This document shows positions 35,867-47,226 of a DNA stretch of 64,000 nucleotides, one piece after another; position 1 is the first letter of the stretch; each line of letters begins with the position of its first letter. The notes below the pieces were generated by a model that had not been told where the DNA came from, did no database searches, and saw only the letters and a list, made by a program, of their open reading frames with translations. Both the position numbers and the translations under genes were made by a program. Location of the stretch: the NCBI RefSeq assembly GCF_963921235.1, contig NC_086109.1:10170001-10234000 (forward strand), given 5' to 3'. This DNA comes from Mobula hypostoma (taxonomy: Eukaryota).

Positions 35867-37252
35867 TATTTATCATATGTACATTGAAACATACAGCGAC
35901 GTGTGCCATTTGCATTTACAACCAACACAACCTAAGGATGTGCTAGAGGAAGCCTTGCAAGTGTTACCACACGTTCTGACAACAAAGTACTGTTGTGACT
36001 GCAAACAAAGTCACCAGAAAGTCACTGAAGCTGGCGGGTATAAGAGCCTATATTCTGCAAAACAAGCAGGCATCATACTGGAGACATGCTTGGAAGAAGA
36101 GGCTCATAAACCCAACATGCATCACATTTTTAAACCCTTAAGATGAATGGTAACTCAATACAGCTTCAGTAGGCGCAATGACATCATTTACTTCAGCATG
36201 ACAATGCTTCCATTGAGTAACATAGAATTTGCAAAGACCTAGATCTTCACACAGACACTCTAGGTTGAATGTTAAACCACAACTATTTCAGAATCAGGTT
36301 TATTATCACCGGCGTGTGTCATGAAATTTGTTAACTTAGCAGCAGCAGTTCAATGCAATACGTTGTATAGAAGAAAAAATAAACAAATAAATAAATTACA
36401 GTATACGTATATTGAATAGATTAAAAATCGTGCAAAAACAGAGTTGCATTCATGCATATGTAGACATCTCAGGTCGATGGGGTGTTTCCTGGTTTGCAAC
36501 CAACCCCAGTCTGCAGCTCCAGGAAGACCGAGCTGCATTTTAAACTCAATCCACAATCTGCATTCACATCTGAGCACTGGTTGCTGCTGAAATTTTTTTA
36601 GGCATCCGTTAGTCTCATGAGACCATGGATTTGCGCTTTGGAAGGTTTTGAAGTTAATATTTGTGATATACTCTGACTCCAGAAAGCGGGCTGACATTAG
36701 CCTGCCCACAATGTACAGCAGAATCACAATGTTTAACAGAAGGGATTGGATAAACTTGGGTTATCTTCTCTGGAGTGGTGGAAGCTGATAGAAGTTTATA
36801 GAATTATAAATGTATGAAGTTATGACTTATAAACTTATAATTATAAAATTATAAACATACGGGTGTTATAAACATATGAGAGCCATAGATGGAGTGGACA
36901 GCTGGTATCTTTATCCCTAGGGTCAAGATTTCTAATACCACTGAGCATGCGTTTTAGTTAAGAGGGAATACGTTCAAAGGAGATGTGTGGGGCAAATTTT
37001 TTGAGGTGAATATGCTACCTGTGTGGTGGTGGAGGCAGATATGATGCAGGCATTCAAAAAGCTCTTGGATAAACCCCTGATTATGCAGAGAACAGAAACC
37101 ATGTGCAGGCAGAAGGGATTAGTGTAATTGGGCACCATCAAGCTCAGCATAACATTGCTGGCAAACGGCCTGTTCCTGTGCCTCAGTTCTTTGTTCTATT
37201 TCCAACATCTGCAGGTTTTTATTCGACAAGTGATTGTAGAATATCAATTAGA

Positions 37253-37565
37253 ACTCGTACGGCCAGATTTGGGAACAGCTTCTTTCCAACTGTGATAAGA
37301 ATGCTGAACGGATCCTGACCCGGAGCTGGGCCGTACCCTCCAAATATCCGGACCTGCCTCTCGGTTTTTTTGCACTACCTTACTTTCCATTTTTCTATTT
37401 TCTACTTATGATCTATAATTTAAATTTTTAATATGTACTAATTTTTAATATTTTTAATATTTAATATTTGTAATCCAGGGAGTGGGAAGCGCAGAATCAA
37501 ATATCGCTGTGATGATTGTACGTTCTAGTATCAATTGTTTGGCGACAATAAAGTATAAAGTATAA
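37253..37565 (+). mobile_element. Rex1/Babar 3' end, same subfamily as 32430-33643
   Basis: Near-identical to 33324-33643 (GGCCAGATTTGGGAACAGCTTCTTTCCAACTGTGATAAGA). Confidence 0.9.
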
Positions 37566-38927
37566 GAATGTAGAATTGTTTAATTATTCTACATTTCTAC
37601 AAATTTAGGGTGGAAATTGCGAATAGTGGAGGCATAATTTTAAGGTGATAGGAAGAAAGTATAGGGGGAAAGTCATAGGGAAGTTTTTTACACAGACAGT
37701 GGTGGGTGCTTAGCACAACCAGCACAAACTAAGGCAACTTGCAAGTATTGCCACGCATTCCAGTGCCAACATAGCACGGGTGGTGGTAGAGGCAGATACA
37801 TTAGGGGCATTTAAGAAGCTCTTCGATAGGTACATATCTGATAGAAACATGGAGTGTTATTTAGAAGGGAAAGGTTAGATTGATCTTAGAGTAGGTTAAA
37901 ATGCCTACTCTATGTGCCACAGTGTTCTATTTTCTATGTTAATCTTTCATAGCTGTTCTAGAGTTGATAATAAACAGGATGAAAAAGGGGAATGAGTTAG
38001 AAGGAAAGAAACAGGGAGGGATTTCAACAGGAGTTTTTGAAGTGAAGCACACCTGCAGAGAGAGTTGAAGAATAACCAGTAATATCTCATCACAGCTTGA
38101 GATATAATCATATAATGAAAGGACAGAATAGATGCTAAGCTTGATTGCAGCTGCAACATGTTATGTGAAGTGGTATTACCAGAGAAATCCACAAGAATGA
38201 GAGATGCTGTTTTCTCATTGGAGGCTGGAGTGGTTTATTTTAATAAACCTGAGGCTTCAAAGTTAATTGTGTGCCAAGTCTTCACAACATAACACCATTC
38301 TATCTCAGCAACCTCTGTCATCTCTACTGTCGACACTGGTTAACTGGGCTCTGAAAAATCACCTTCGGTCCTCAACCGTACTTTATTTATATGTGCACAA
38401 TGAGAACAACCCCGGCCCCTGTCGCCACGCTGCTCTGAAGTCTGAACAGAGAAAAAACATCTTTGTATAGAATTGACTAACAGTTACTGATATAGACCAA
38501 TCGGTAACCTTGTTCATATTTCCTATTTGCAAGATCAATTGCTGTTCGCTATACAGGTGTTAAAATTCAATTGAAACTACAAGATAACAACTGATTAGAA
38601 AAAGAGAAGATTTGCAGTTGTGAAGTTAGTAAAGTTATTTTAGTTGGTGTGTGCAACTTGAATCTTTACATTACATTCTTATTTTGTCTGTGTGTGCCAA
38701 ATGGCTCCAGTCCACTGCTGTGCAAAGGGAAGCTATGCTCTTCAAATACCTTCTTCAAAAGACCTTTCTTGCCTGGGCTGACCGCACTCTATCTGCAAAC
38801 TATCCAGGCCTGGACATTGTCTAAACCCTTGCCTTGTCACAGCTCCCACACTGCAGGCTTTGAAGAGTCATGCTGCAAAGCGCGTGCCGTTGAGTCAAGT
38901 TTGTTGTCATATGCACGTGTGGTGAGG

Positions 38928-39242
38928 CACGATGCGGCGTGGTAGTGTAGCAGTTAGCATGATGTTTTACAGGGCCAGCGCTCCGAGTTCAATTCCAGAT
39001 TCTGTGCGTAAGGAGTTTTTACATTCTCCCCTTGAGTGTGTGGGTATCGTCCTCGTGCTTCATTTTCCGCCCACATTCCAAAGACGTACGGATTAGGGTT
39101 AGTGAGCTGTGGGCATGCTACGAAGCAAAGCGACACATGCAGGCTGCCCTCAGTACATCCTCCAACTGCGTTGGTCATTGACGTAGGTGGCGAGTTTCAC
39201 CGTATGCCTTGATGTTTCAGTGTACAAGTGACAGATAAAGGT
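38928..39242 (+). mobile_element. V-SINE/HE1-like SINE
   Basis: tRNA-like head (GGTAGTGTAGCAGTTAGC...GAGTTCAATTCC) followed by a GGAGTTT..TTCTCCCC...CCCACATTCCAAAGAC core. Confidence 0.7.
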
Positions 39243-40763
39243 GATCTGTTTAGGTACAATGAAAAACTTGCCGCAGCGTGCAGGTTTAGATAACACACAA
39301 TATAAATTATAGAAGAGAAAACACTGTGCAAAACAATACAGTACTGCAGGAAAACACACAAGAGACAAGTCCAGAGTACTGCAAGAGGTGGGGTTAGATT
39401 TGTGCAAAGCAGTTCAAGAAGCTGATGGCTACAGGAAATGACTGCTCCTGAGCCTCATGATATGGGACTTTGGTAAAAGTAGGAGCACTGAGAAAAGGAC
39501 ATGGCCCAGCTGGTGGGGACCCTTGATGATAGACGCCGCCTTCTCCCGGCAGTGCCTCATAAACTCATTCAAAGTTCAAAGTGCAAAGTCAATTCGTTAT
39601 CAACGTTTGCGAATGTCACCATATAACAACTTCAGATTTAATTTTCTTTCAGGTATTCACAGTAGCACAAAGAAATAGAATAGAATTAATGAAAACCCTC
39701 ACACAAATACAAAGACTGACAAACAACCTGTACGAAAGAGGGCAAACAATGCAAATACAAAAAGCAATAAATAAATATATATATGTTCACATACATAAAT
39801 AGATAGACAGATAAATAAATAAATAGATAGATAGATAGATAATAATACTGAAAATATGCATCGCAGAATCCTTAAAAGTGAGTCCATGGGTTGTGGAATC
39901 AGTTCACATTAATCGTACTCCGATCCCAATTTATTAACAACAACCAAATTCTGTCATTCCCACCCCATTTCAGAATCAGAATCATGTGTAATATTGTTGG
40001 CATACGTCGCGAAACTTGTGAAATTTGTTGTTATGGAGCAGCAGTACTTTGTAATGCATAATAAAAGACTGCAAATTACAGCAAATATATATATATATAT
40101 AAAAATGAGAAAAAATTAGTAGTGAGACAGTGTGCATGGGTTCAATATCAATTCAGAAATTAGATGACAGGGGAAGAAGCTGTTCCTGAATCATTGAGTG
40201 CGCACTTTTAGGCTCCGGTACCTCCTTCCTGATGGTAGCAATAGGAAGTGTGTATTAATAGAGACCAATTGACCTACTAACCCACTGGATACATTCAGGA
40301 GGTCAGACCACATCTGCAGGAAGAAAAACAGTTTTAACGTTCAGCTCGAAGTTGAGGGGGTTTTCAGCCGTTTCACTTCCCATATACGGGATCTGGCTTT
40401 GAGGAATTCCCAACATTTCCCGCTGCTGTTTCAGCTTTCCAGCATCTTCAGTCTTGCTCATTTTAACTTACAGACCTGAATGCTTTTGGGAAACTGGAGC
40501 ACTCAGAGGAAACTCCTGCCGTAACAGGAAGAACAGGCAGAAACCGGCCAGAGGTCACGAGTAAATTCAGGGCCCTGGAGATATCAGGCAGTGACACTGC
40601 AATGTGCAACTTTGCAACAGCCCAGTACAGCTATATCCCTCCCATTCGGGATGCTTGACCGTCCCTGCATTTCAGTACTTCTCCAAAGGCTGCTGAAGCC
40701 CACAAATCCCTGCCTCAGCTTTTCTGACACTCTCTCCTCTTTTAAGACAGCATTTAAAATATA

Positions 40764-41070
40764 AGACATCCATTAGTCTTAAGAGACCATGGATCTTCAC
40801 CTGGAAAGTCTTCACTCTCCAGGGCGCAGGCCTGGGCGAGGTTGTATGGAAGACCGGCAGTTGCCCATGCTGCAAGTCTCCCCTCTCCACAACACCAATG
40901 TTGTCCAAGGGAAAGGCATTAGGACCCATACAGCTTGGCACCAGTGTCATCGCAAAGCAATGTGTGATTAAGTGCCTTGCTGAAGGACACAACACATTCC
41001 CACGGCTGGGGCTCGAACTCACAACCTTCAGGTCGCTAGTCCAATGCCTTAACCCCTTGGCCACGTGCCC
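40764..41070 (-). mobile_element. tRNA-derived SINE, family A
   Basis: Reverse complement of 1157-1451 at high identity. Confidence 0.87.
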
Positions 41071-42521
41071 ACAACAACATTTATAGTCCAGCCAAATATA
41101 TCAGTGGTAAATTTTGTTCATTGACCCTGCTGTTCAAGGTCTCCATTTAAATTTGAGTTGTTTCTGTACATTATCTGCAAAAGATAAAAGATAAACATGC
41201 GAGATTCTGCAGATACTGGAAATCCAGAGCAAAGTAAAGCAATCCATTTTCAAATGGCGATGCCTCTAAAAAGTGGTATCCATCATTAGCGACCCCCATC
41301 ATCCAGGACATGCCCATTTCTCATTGGACTTCATTACTGAAATGTCCTTTGTGGGATCACGCCAGGTTCAGCATACCAGAGATAAGGATCTGAGGCACAA
41401 GAGACTCTGCAGGTGCTGGAAATCTCGAGCAACGCAGACAAAATGCTGGAGGGACTCAGCAGGTCAGGCAGCACCTACGGAAGCAAATGAACAGTTGGTG
41501 TTCTGGCCTTTATGGTGGGCAGGTCATGTCAGACAAATTTGATGAAGTTTTTTGATGAGGTGATGAAGATGACCGGTGGATGTTGTCTACTGGACTCTCT
41601 AAGAGAGTAAGGTATTTGACCACATCCCTCTTGGCAGGCTGACCCAGAAGATTTACATGCTTGGGATCCACAGAGACTTGGTAGTTTGGATTCACAACTG
41701 GCTTGCCCACAGGTGACAGATACATATATATACAAACATATGCATATAGGGTTTCCAACGAGGGTTATCACCTCTGGTAAAGGGGCTTATCATGTTTACA
41801 CTGGGGTAGCTGAGTGACCTCTGAGTGACCTTTGGTTCCCATTGGACACTCAGCTCTCACCTGTGCCTCCAAGTAGCTGTTTGCATACAACAGCGGCCAC
41901 ACCTTGGTATAGAGGCGGGCTGAAAGAGCTGAGGGTAGCCGGCAGCCCTCATACCCCCGGTGAGGTAGGAACACCCCTGTCCTCGCTTGCAAAGACACCT
42001 CTGGCAGACTGGGCGGATGTGTTTCTTCTCCAGGAAGCTGTATCAGTAAAAAAAAATAACTAGTCTGTGTAGACATCAACTGGTTTGTGTAGATTTTCAC
42101 AAACAAGCTCGAAACATCGACTGTACTTTTTTCTATAGATGCTTTCTGGCCTGCAGAGTTCCTCCAGCATTTTGTGTGTGATTGCATGTAGATTTTAATG
42201 GTTTTTAACACCTGAAGAATACATTGCATATGAAAATAAGGAATTAGATGGTGCTCAAAGTTTTCAATCAAGCTAACCTTGGTGTAAAATAAAATTGACA
42301 ATTCTGTGCTGAATGAAGTTTTAGAACAATTTGGTGACGGGGATGATTCCATGATCTGGTGATTATTGAGATGACAGCAGCAATAAATATAGTCTTTATT
42401 GGATCAGCATAACATAGTCACTGCATTAAAGCACCAATTAAATGATTCATGGAGATACCTCTGTTTGTGTAGAAGAGTGCATTGCTTGGTCTCTACTGCA
42501 GAAGAGGTTCACCAGAGTGCT

Positions 42522-42670
42522 TCAGTTAGTCCTGACGAAGGGTCTCGGCCTGAAACGTCGACTGCGCCTCTTCCTATAGATGCTGCTTGGCCTGCTGCGT
42601 TCACCAGCAACTTTGATGTGTGTTGCTTGAATTTCCAGCATCTGCAGAATTCCTGTTGTTTACATTTAAA
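42522..42670 (+). mobile_element. 149-bp Penelope pLTR module inserted into a CR1 remnant
   Basis: Perfect 14-bp TSD TTCACCAGAGTGCT (42508-42521, 42671-42684). Confidence 0.88.
42528..42563 (+). ncRNA. Minimal type I hammerhead ribozyme motif, intact core
   Basis: AGTC CTGACGA A GGGT-CTCG-GCCT GAAA C GTC GACT, identical to the minus-strand copy at 22962-22997. Confidence 0.8.
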
Positions 42671-42859
42671 TTCACCAGAGTGCTGCCTGGATTAGAGAGT
42701 GTGTACTATAAGGAGAGATTAGACAAACCTGTTTTCACTGGAGCAGCAAATCCTGAGGAAAACCTGACGGACAGAATAGACAGTCAATATCTTTTGCCCA
42801 ATACCAGATGGCATGCATTGAAAGTGAGAGGGGTGAAGTTTAAAGGAGACTTGCAACCT

Positions 42860-43220
42860 ATCATCTACCGTCCCACCAGCCTCCACATCCAGCACATAAT
42901 TCTCCGCAACTTCAGCCATCTCCAACAGGATCCCAGCACAAAGTACATCTTTCCCTCCTCCAAACTTCCTACTTTCTGCAGGGATTGCTCCTTACTCAAC
43001 TCACTTGTCCATTCATCCCTCGCCACTGATCTCCCTCCTGGCACTTACCTTAGCAAGTAGTTAAAGTGCCCCTACACCTCCTCCCTCACCAGCATTCAGG
43101 GCCCCAAACAGGTGACACCTCACCTGTGAGTCTGTTGGGGGGTCATCTACTGTATCCAGTGCTCCTGGTATGGCTTTCTGTATATCGGTGAGACCCGACG
43201 TAGATTGGGAGACCTCTTCA
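42860..43220 (+). mobile_element. Penelope-like element ORF fragment (linker + GIY-YIG endonuclease)
   Basis: YRPTSLHIQHIILRNFSHLQQDP..IFP..FCRDCSLLNSLVHS, then VIYCIQCSWYGFLYIGETRRRLGDLF from 43142. Confidence 0.88.
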
Positions 43221-43469
43221 CGACATATGCCAGTGATGTTAAACCTGATTCTGATTCTTTCAATGGTTCAGAGGTTCCATTTAATATCAGAACGTATACA
43301 GTATACAGCCTGAAACTCTTACTCTTCACCAACATCCGCGAAACGGGAAAAAAACCAAAGAATGAATGAGAGAAACAGCAGAAACCCAAAGCCCCCCTCC
43401 CCCCCCACAATCTATGGTACTGTTCATATGTTACTGCTTCAATGAACAATGGCCCTCCGTTTAGACATA

Positions 43470-44125
43470 ATAGATAGATAGATAGATAGATAGATATACT
43501 TTATTGATCCCGAGGAAAATTGGGTTTCATTACAGCCGCACCAACCAAGAATAGAGCATAAATATAGCAATACAAAAACCACAAACAATCAAACAACAAA
43601 ATGCAAACTATGCCAGATGGAAATAAGTCCAGGACCAGTCTATTGGCTCAGGGTGTCTGACCCTCCACGGGAAGAGCTGCAAGTTCGATGGCCGCAGGCA
43701 GGAACGACCTCCCGTGCCGCCCAGTGTTGTATCTCGGTGGAATGTGGTCAAAGTCCAACAGTAGAAAGTTCAATATCCGGTCTACAAGCAAGTTCCTCGA
43801 TCATAATATGACCCGGATTGCACCATCTGTTGTTAACCAGAATAGTAAGCACCCAACTCCTTTACGCTTACCGCTCTCAGTGCACTTCCGGTCAGCCGGA
43901 ACAGTCTGGAAGCCGTCCATGGAGAAGTTTTGATCGGGTATGTCCTCGTGCAGCCCCTTTCCAATGAAGCACATAACACTGCACTCCCGAAATCTTCTCT
44001 GACACCTGGCTAGCGCCGTGAACTCGTCCATTTCATTACCCACTGAACTCCTCTTCTCCATAAGTCTCTGTTGTCTCGACCTGGTCCTCTTTCCTCGACT
44101 AAATACCGGAGATTCGGCAGATGCC
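43470..44125 (-). mobile_element. Internally deleted (bipartite) Rex1/Babar element
   Basis: The 5' part encodes the APE N-terminus (GNEMDEFTALAR..RECSVMCF..LHEDIPD..DGFQTV.ADR..SGKRKG). It is joined near 43790 to a 3' end homologous to 8560-8790. (CTAT)n tail. Confidence 0.8.
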
Positions 44126-45210
44126 GGTTTTTCCTGAATAATACACATACACACACACGATGCTAGAGGAACTCAGCAGGTCAGGCAGGATCAATAAACA
44201 CTTGATGTTTCAGGCCGAGATTCTTCATCAGGACTCTGTTTAATGTCTCACGCAGCAAGTGGAACCTTCCCTTGATGTTGCCTGTTTTTTGTTCGGAAGC
44301 AGGATTTGAACCCACAATGCTAGTGATTCCAAGGGTGTGTGTTACCACAAAGGGTGTGCTGACACTAACACTGTTTGACATTGTAACTCAGTGATGATTG
44401 ATGAAACTGCAAGTTCAATTCTTCCTTAAAAATAAGCATTCTGGACCTAGTCTTCTGCCTAGCCTTACCATCCTCTGGTCCCATTACCCTTCTCTTGCCT
44501 GTCTGGTCTTAATGAAGAGGTTGGATCAAGTGATCTCGCAAGATGTACTCTCAGTGACGGGCAGATACCAAGCCCCTTTCCTCAGAACCCCCGACGGACT
44601 CCGACAGGAGGAAAGAGTGGGCGGACCACAAAGAGAAGATGGAGTTACATGCAAACTGTCATTTTAACCATTGGAAAGATTACAGAGAATGATGAAAAAT
44701 AACAAAATAAAAATGAAAGAATTAAAGTGTTGGTAAATAAGTTAAAAACATAAAACAGAAGTATTAAGAAACTTATAACAACACATATGTCAGACTGCTG
44801 GAGGAACTCAGCAGGTCAGGCAGCATTTAATGAGAGGAATAAATAGTTGATGTTTCAGACTGCAACTTTTCATCAAGTGTCAGTCCAAAATAGCGACTGT
44901 TTATTCCTCTCCATAGATCAAACAAAACTGTTGAAGGATCAGTCCTGAGGTGTAGGCTCTTGATCCTCCATCAACTGCTTCTTCCCCTCCATAGATGCTG
45001 CTTGACCTGCAAATGAGTGTGGAACAGTAGGGGTCAGTTGTCCAGAGTAGTTGGCAGTTGAAGTCTTATGATTTGCATGGGATTGGCTGAGTGTGAGACA
45101 TACAGCACAGAAACAGGCCCTTCAGCCCATCAAGCCCGTGCTGATCCATCAAGCACCTGCACACTGATCCCATTTCATTCTCCCCTCGATTCTATTAACT
45201 CCCCCTTGAT

Positions 45211-45295
45211 CAAAGGTTCCCAGACTTTTTTTTTAAATGCCATGGAGCCTTACCATTAACAGAGGGATCCGTGGACCACAGGCTGGAAACCCCTG
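45211..45295. mobile_element. Small hAT/Charlie-like MITE
   Basis: CAAAGGTTCCCAG...GGCTGGAAACCCCTG with 8-bp flanks CCCTTGAT/CCCTAAAT. Confidence 0.55.
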
Positions 45296-45759
45296 CCCTA
45301 AATTTGACCTCCCACTTATACACTAGGGAACAGTTTACAGCGGGTAAGTAACCCACCACACTTCTGAGACGGGAGGCTGGAGGCCTGTCTCCTGTTTGGG
45401 TGGGGGGGGGCGGGGAAAGGAGACAAGCTTAGCAACAGATTCAAAAGGGAATTGGATTGGAATCTGAAGAGAGTTGCAGGGCTATGGCGACTGGGGAATG
45501 GAAGTGTTTGGACCGAAATTGCATTGAGCTTCAAGCACCATCTGCAGTTTCTTGTGGTCTCTTGCCTGGTATGAGGGCTGTGATGCACAGGATTGAAAGA
45601 AGCCGCAGTGGGTCATAAACCCAACTATGCCCATTGCGGGCACTAACTCCCCACCAATGAGGATGTCTTCAAAAACAAGTACCTCATGAAATCGGCATCC
45701 ATTCAGGACATGCCCTCTTCTCATTACAACAATCAGGGAGGGGGTACAGGAGCCTGAAG

Positions 45760-45947
45760 ACCCATAAGACCATAAGACAAAGGAGCAGAAATCGGCCATT
45801 CGGCCCATCGAGTCTGCTCTGCCATTTTATTATGAGCTGATCCATTCTCCCATTTAGTCCACTCCCCCGCCTTCTCACCATAAACTTTGATGCCCTGGCT
45901 ACTCAGATACCTATCAATCTCTGCCTTAAATACACCCAATGACTTGA
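45760..45947 (-). mobile_element. Young CR1 3' tip with (TTATGGTC)n tail
   Basis: Near-identical to 5548-5735 and 55259-55447. Confidence 0.88.
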
Positions 45948-46507
45948 CCCGCACCGGATTTTCCGTCTTCCCCATCAGACTTATACATGATACATAAACC
46001 CTGGAAGACAACATCGCTATTCCTCTTTCACACAATATCTATCTATTATCCACCCGTCTGTCTGTCTGTCTATCTGTCCGTCCGGCTGCCCATCTATCTG
46101 CGTTGATATCAGAATCGGGTTTAATGTCAAATATGAATTTTGTTGTTTTGTGGCAGCAGTAGGGTGAAGTAGGTAAAAAAAATGCTAAAAATCACAATAA
46201 GAAATGCACAGTGTAAAATTAAATTCAATAAGTAGTGCAAAAGGTGTGTAAAATAGTGAGGTGGTGTTCCAGGGTTCATTGTGCATACAGAAATCTCTAA
46301 AACGTTATGTGTGTGTCTTCAGGCTCCTATACCCGCTGCCTGACGGTAGTAATGAGAAGAGAACTGTATAACTCAAGTGACTGTTTTGATCTATTGCGAC
46401 CGACAGACTTCTCGCCGCATGTCAGTGATAGTGAGCCCAATTTGCACTGTGTCTCCCTCCCCGTCGCCTGCAAAGAGAGTTGGACCTCGTGAGAGCGGAG
46501 ACAGTTC

Positions 46508-46562
46508 ATTGGCTGGGAGGCTCGGGGCGGTGTGCAGCGAGAGTGCACAACGTTATATAAAA
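46508..46562 (+). promoter_or_regulatory. PM20D1 core promoter: inverted CCAAT, GC box, TATA box
   Basis: ATTGG (46508-46512), GGGGCGG (46524-46530) and TATATAAAA (46554-46562) in canonical order, about 70 nt upstream of ATG 46631. Confidence 0.75.
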
Positions 46563-46630
46563 TGCTGGACGCTCTCCGATCTCGTTCCGTTGGAACAGCA
46601 CTCCGCAGTGACCGAGCCGGACAGTGGGAA

Positions 46631-46964
46631 ATGTCCACAGCCGATGCACTGATGCCACGGCCGGGGCCGAGAGAAATGAAGTGCGCGAAGACCCGAGTTA
46701 AAACTACGGCGCTGGTCGCGCTGGTGTTGTTCTCGCTACTGCTTATCTTCCTGGGCGCCCTATTGATCAGGACCTACACGTTTAGGGCCGAGCAGCAGAC
46801 GGCAATCGGTCAAAGTGCAGCCCTCGCCTCGGATTTCAGCCTGAACGAGAAAAGGCTGATGCTGGACAATTTCAAGGGAGCTCTGAGGATTGCCACTGTG
46901 TCTTGGGACGACTCCGACTTCAACACGTCCGCACTGCGAGAGTTCAGCCACTATCTGTCTCGAG
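46631..46964 (+). CDS. PM20D1: PM20D1 (peptidase M20 domain-containing 1) first coding exon
   Basis: Hydrophobic N-terminal segment, then FKGALRIATVSWDDSDFNTSALREF, matching PM20D1 LKGAIQIPTV..NTTALAEF. Donor G|GTAACT at 46965 is phase 1 and joins 58604 as SR-V-FPNV. In-frame alternative ATGs at 46652 and 46676. Confidence 0.9.
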
Positions 46965-47148
46965 GTAACTTCTGCCGCTCTCTCCCGCTCTCTCTCCCTC
47001 TCTCGCCCTCTCTCTTAGACCATCTGTCCACTTGCCAGCATCTTGCACCCGGACTTGCTGATAGAAGGTGAGGGATTGCCGCAATTGTTGTCCCTAAAGA
47101 GGCATTGAACTTCGAAGGGAGAAGGTTGTAGATTATTTGTCGACAATT

Positions 47149-47179
<31 letters not shown>

Positions 47180-47180
47180 G

Positions 47181-47226
<46 letters not shown>
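47149..47226. repeat. Compound microsatellite (TG)n(AG)n...(CA)n in intron 1
   Basis: Read directly from the sequence. Confidence 0.95.

Larger units (their letters stand above)
46380..46990. promoter_or_regulatory. CpG-island-like region over the PM20D1 promoter and exon 1
   Basis: Visibly CpG-rich non-repeat sequence against a CpG-depleted background. Not quantified. Confidence 0.7.

Noticed and set aside
35670..36146. 158-aa ORF
   Set aside because: It crosses a retroposon tail, its TSD and a SINE remnant, and shows no recognisable domain.
1..46300. Exons of a neighbouring host gene upstream of PM20D1
   Set aside because: No non-transposon peptide with recognisable homology was seen. 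Small exons cannot be excluded without alignment.
46532..47071. 179-aa single-exon ORF as the complete protein
   Set aside because: It begins at a GTG upstream of the TATA box and reads through the donor at 46965 into intronic CT-rich sequence. Only 46631-46964 is supported as coding.
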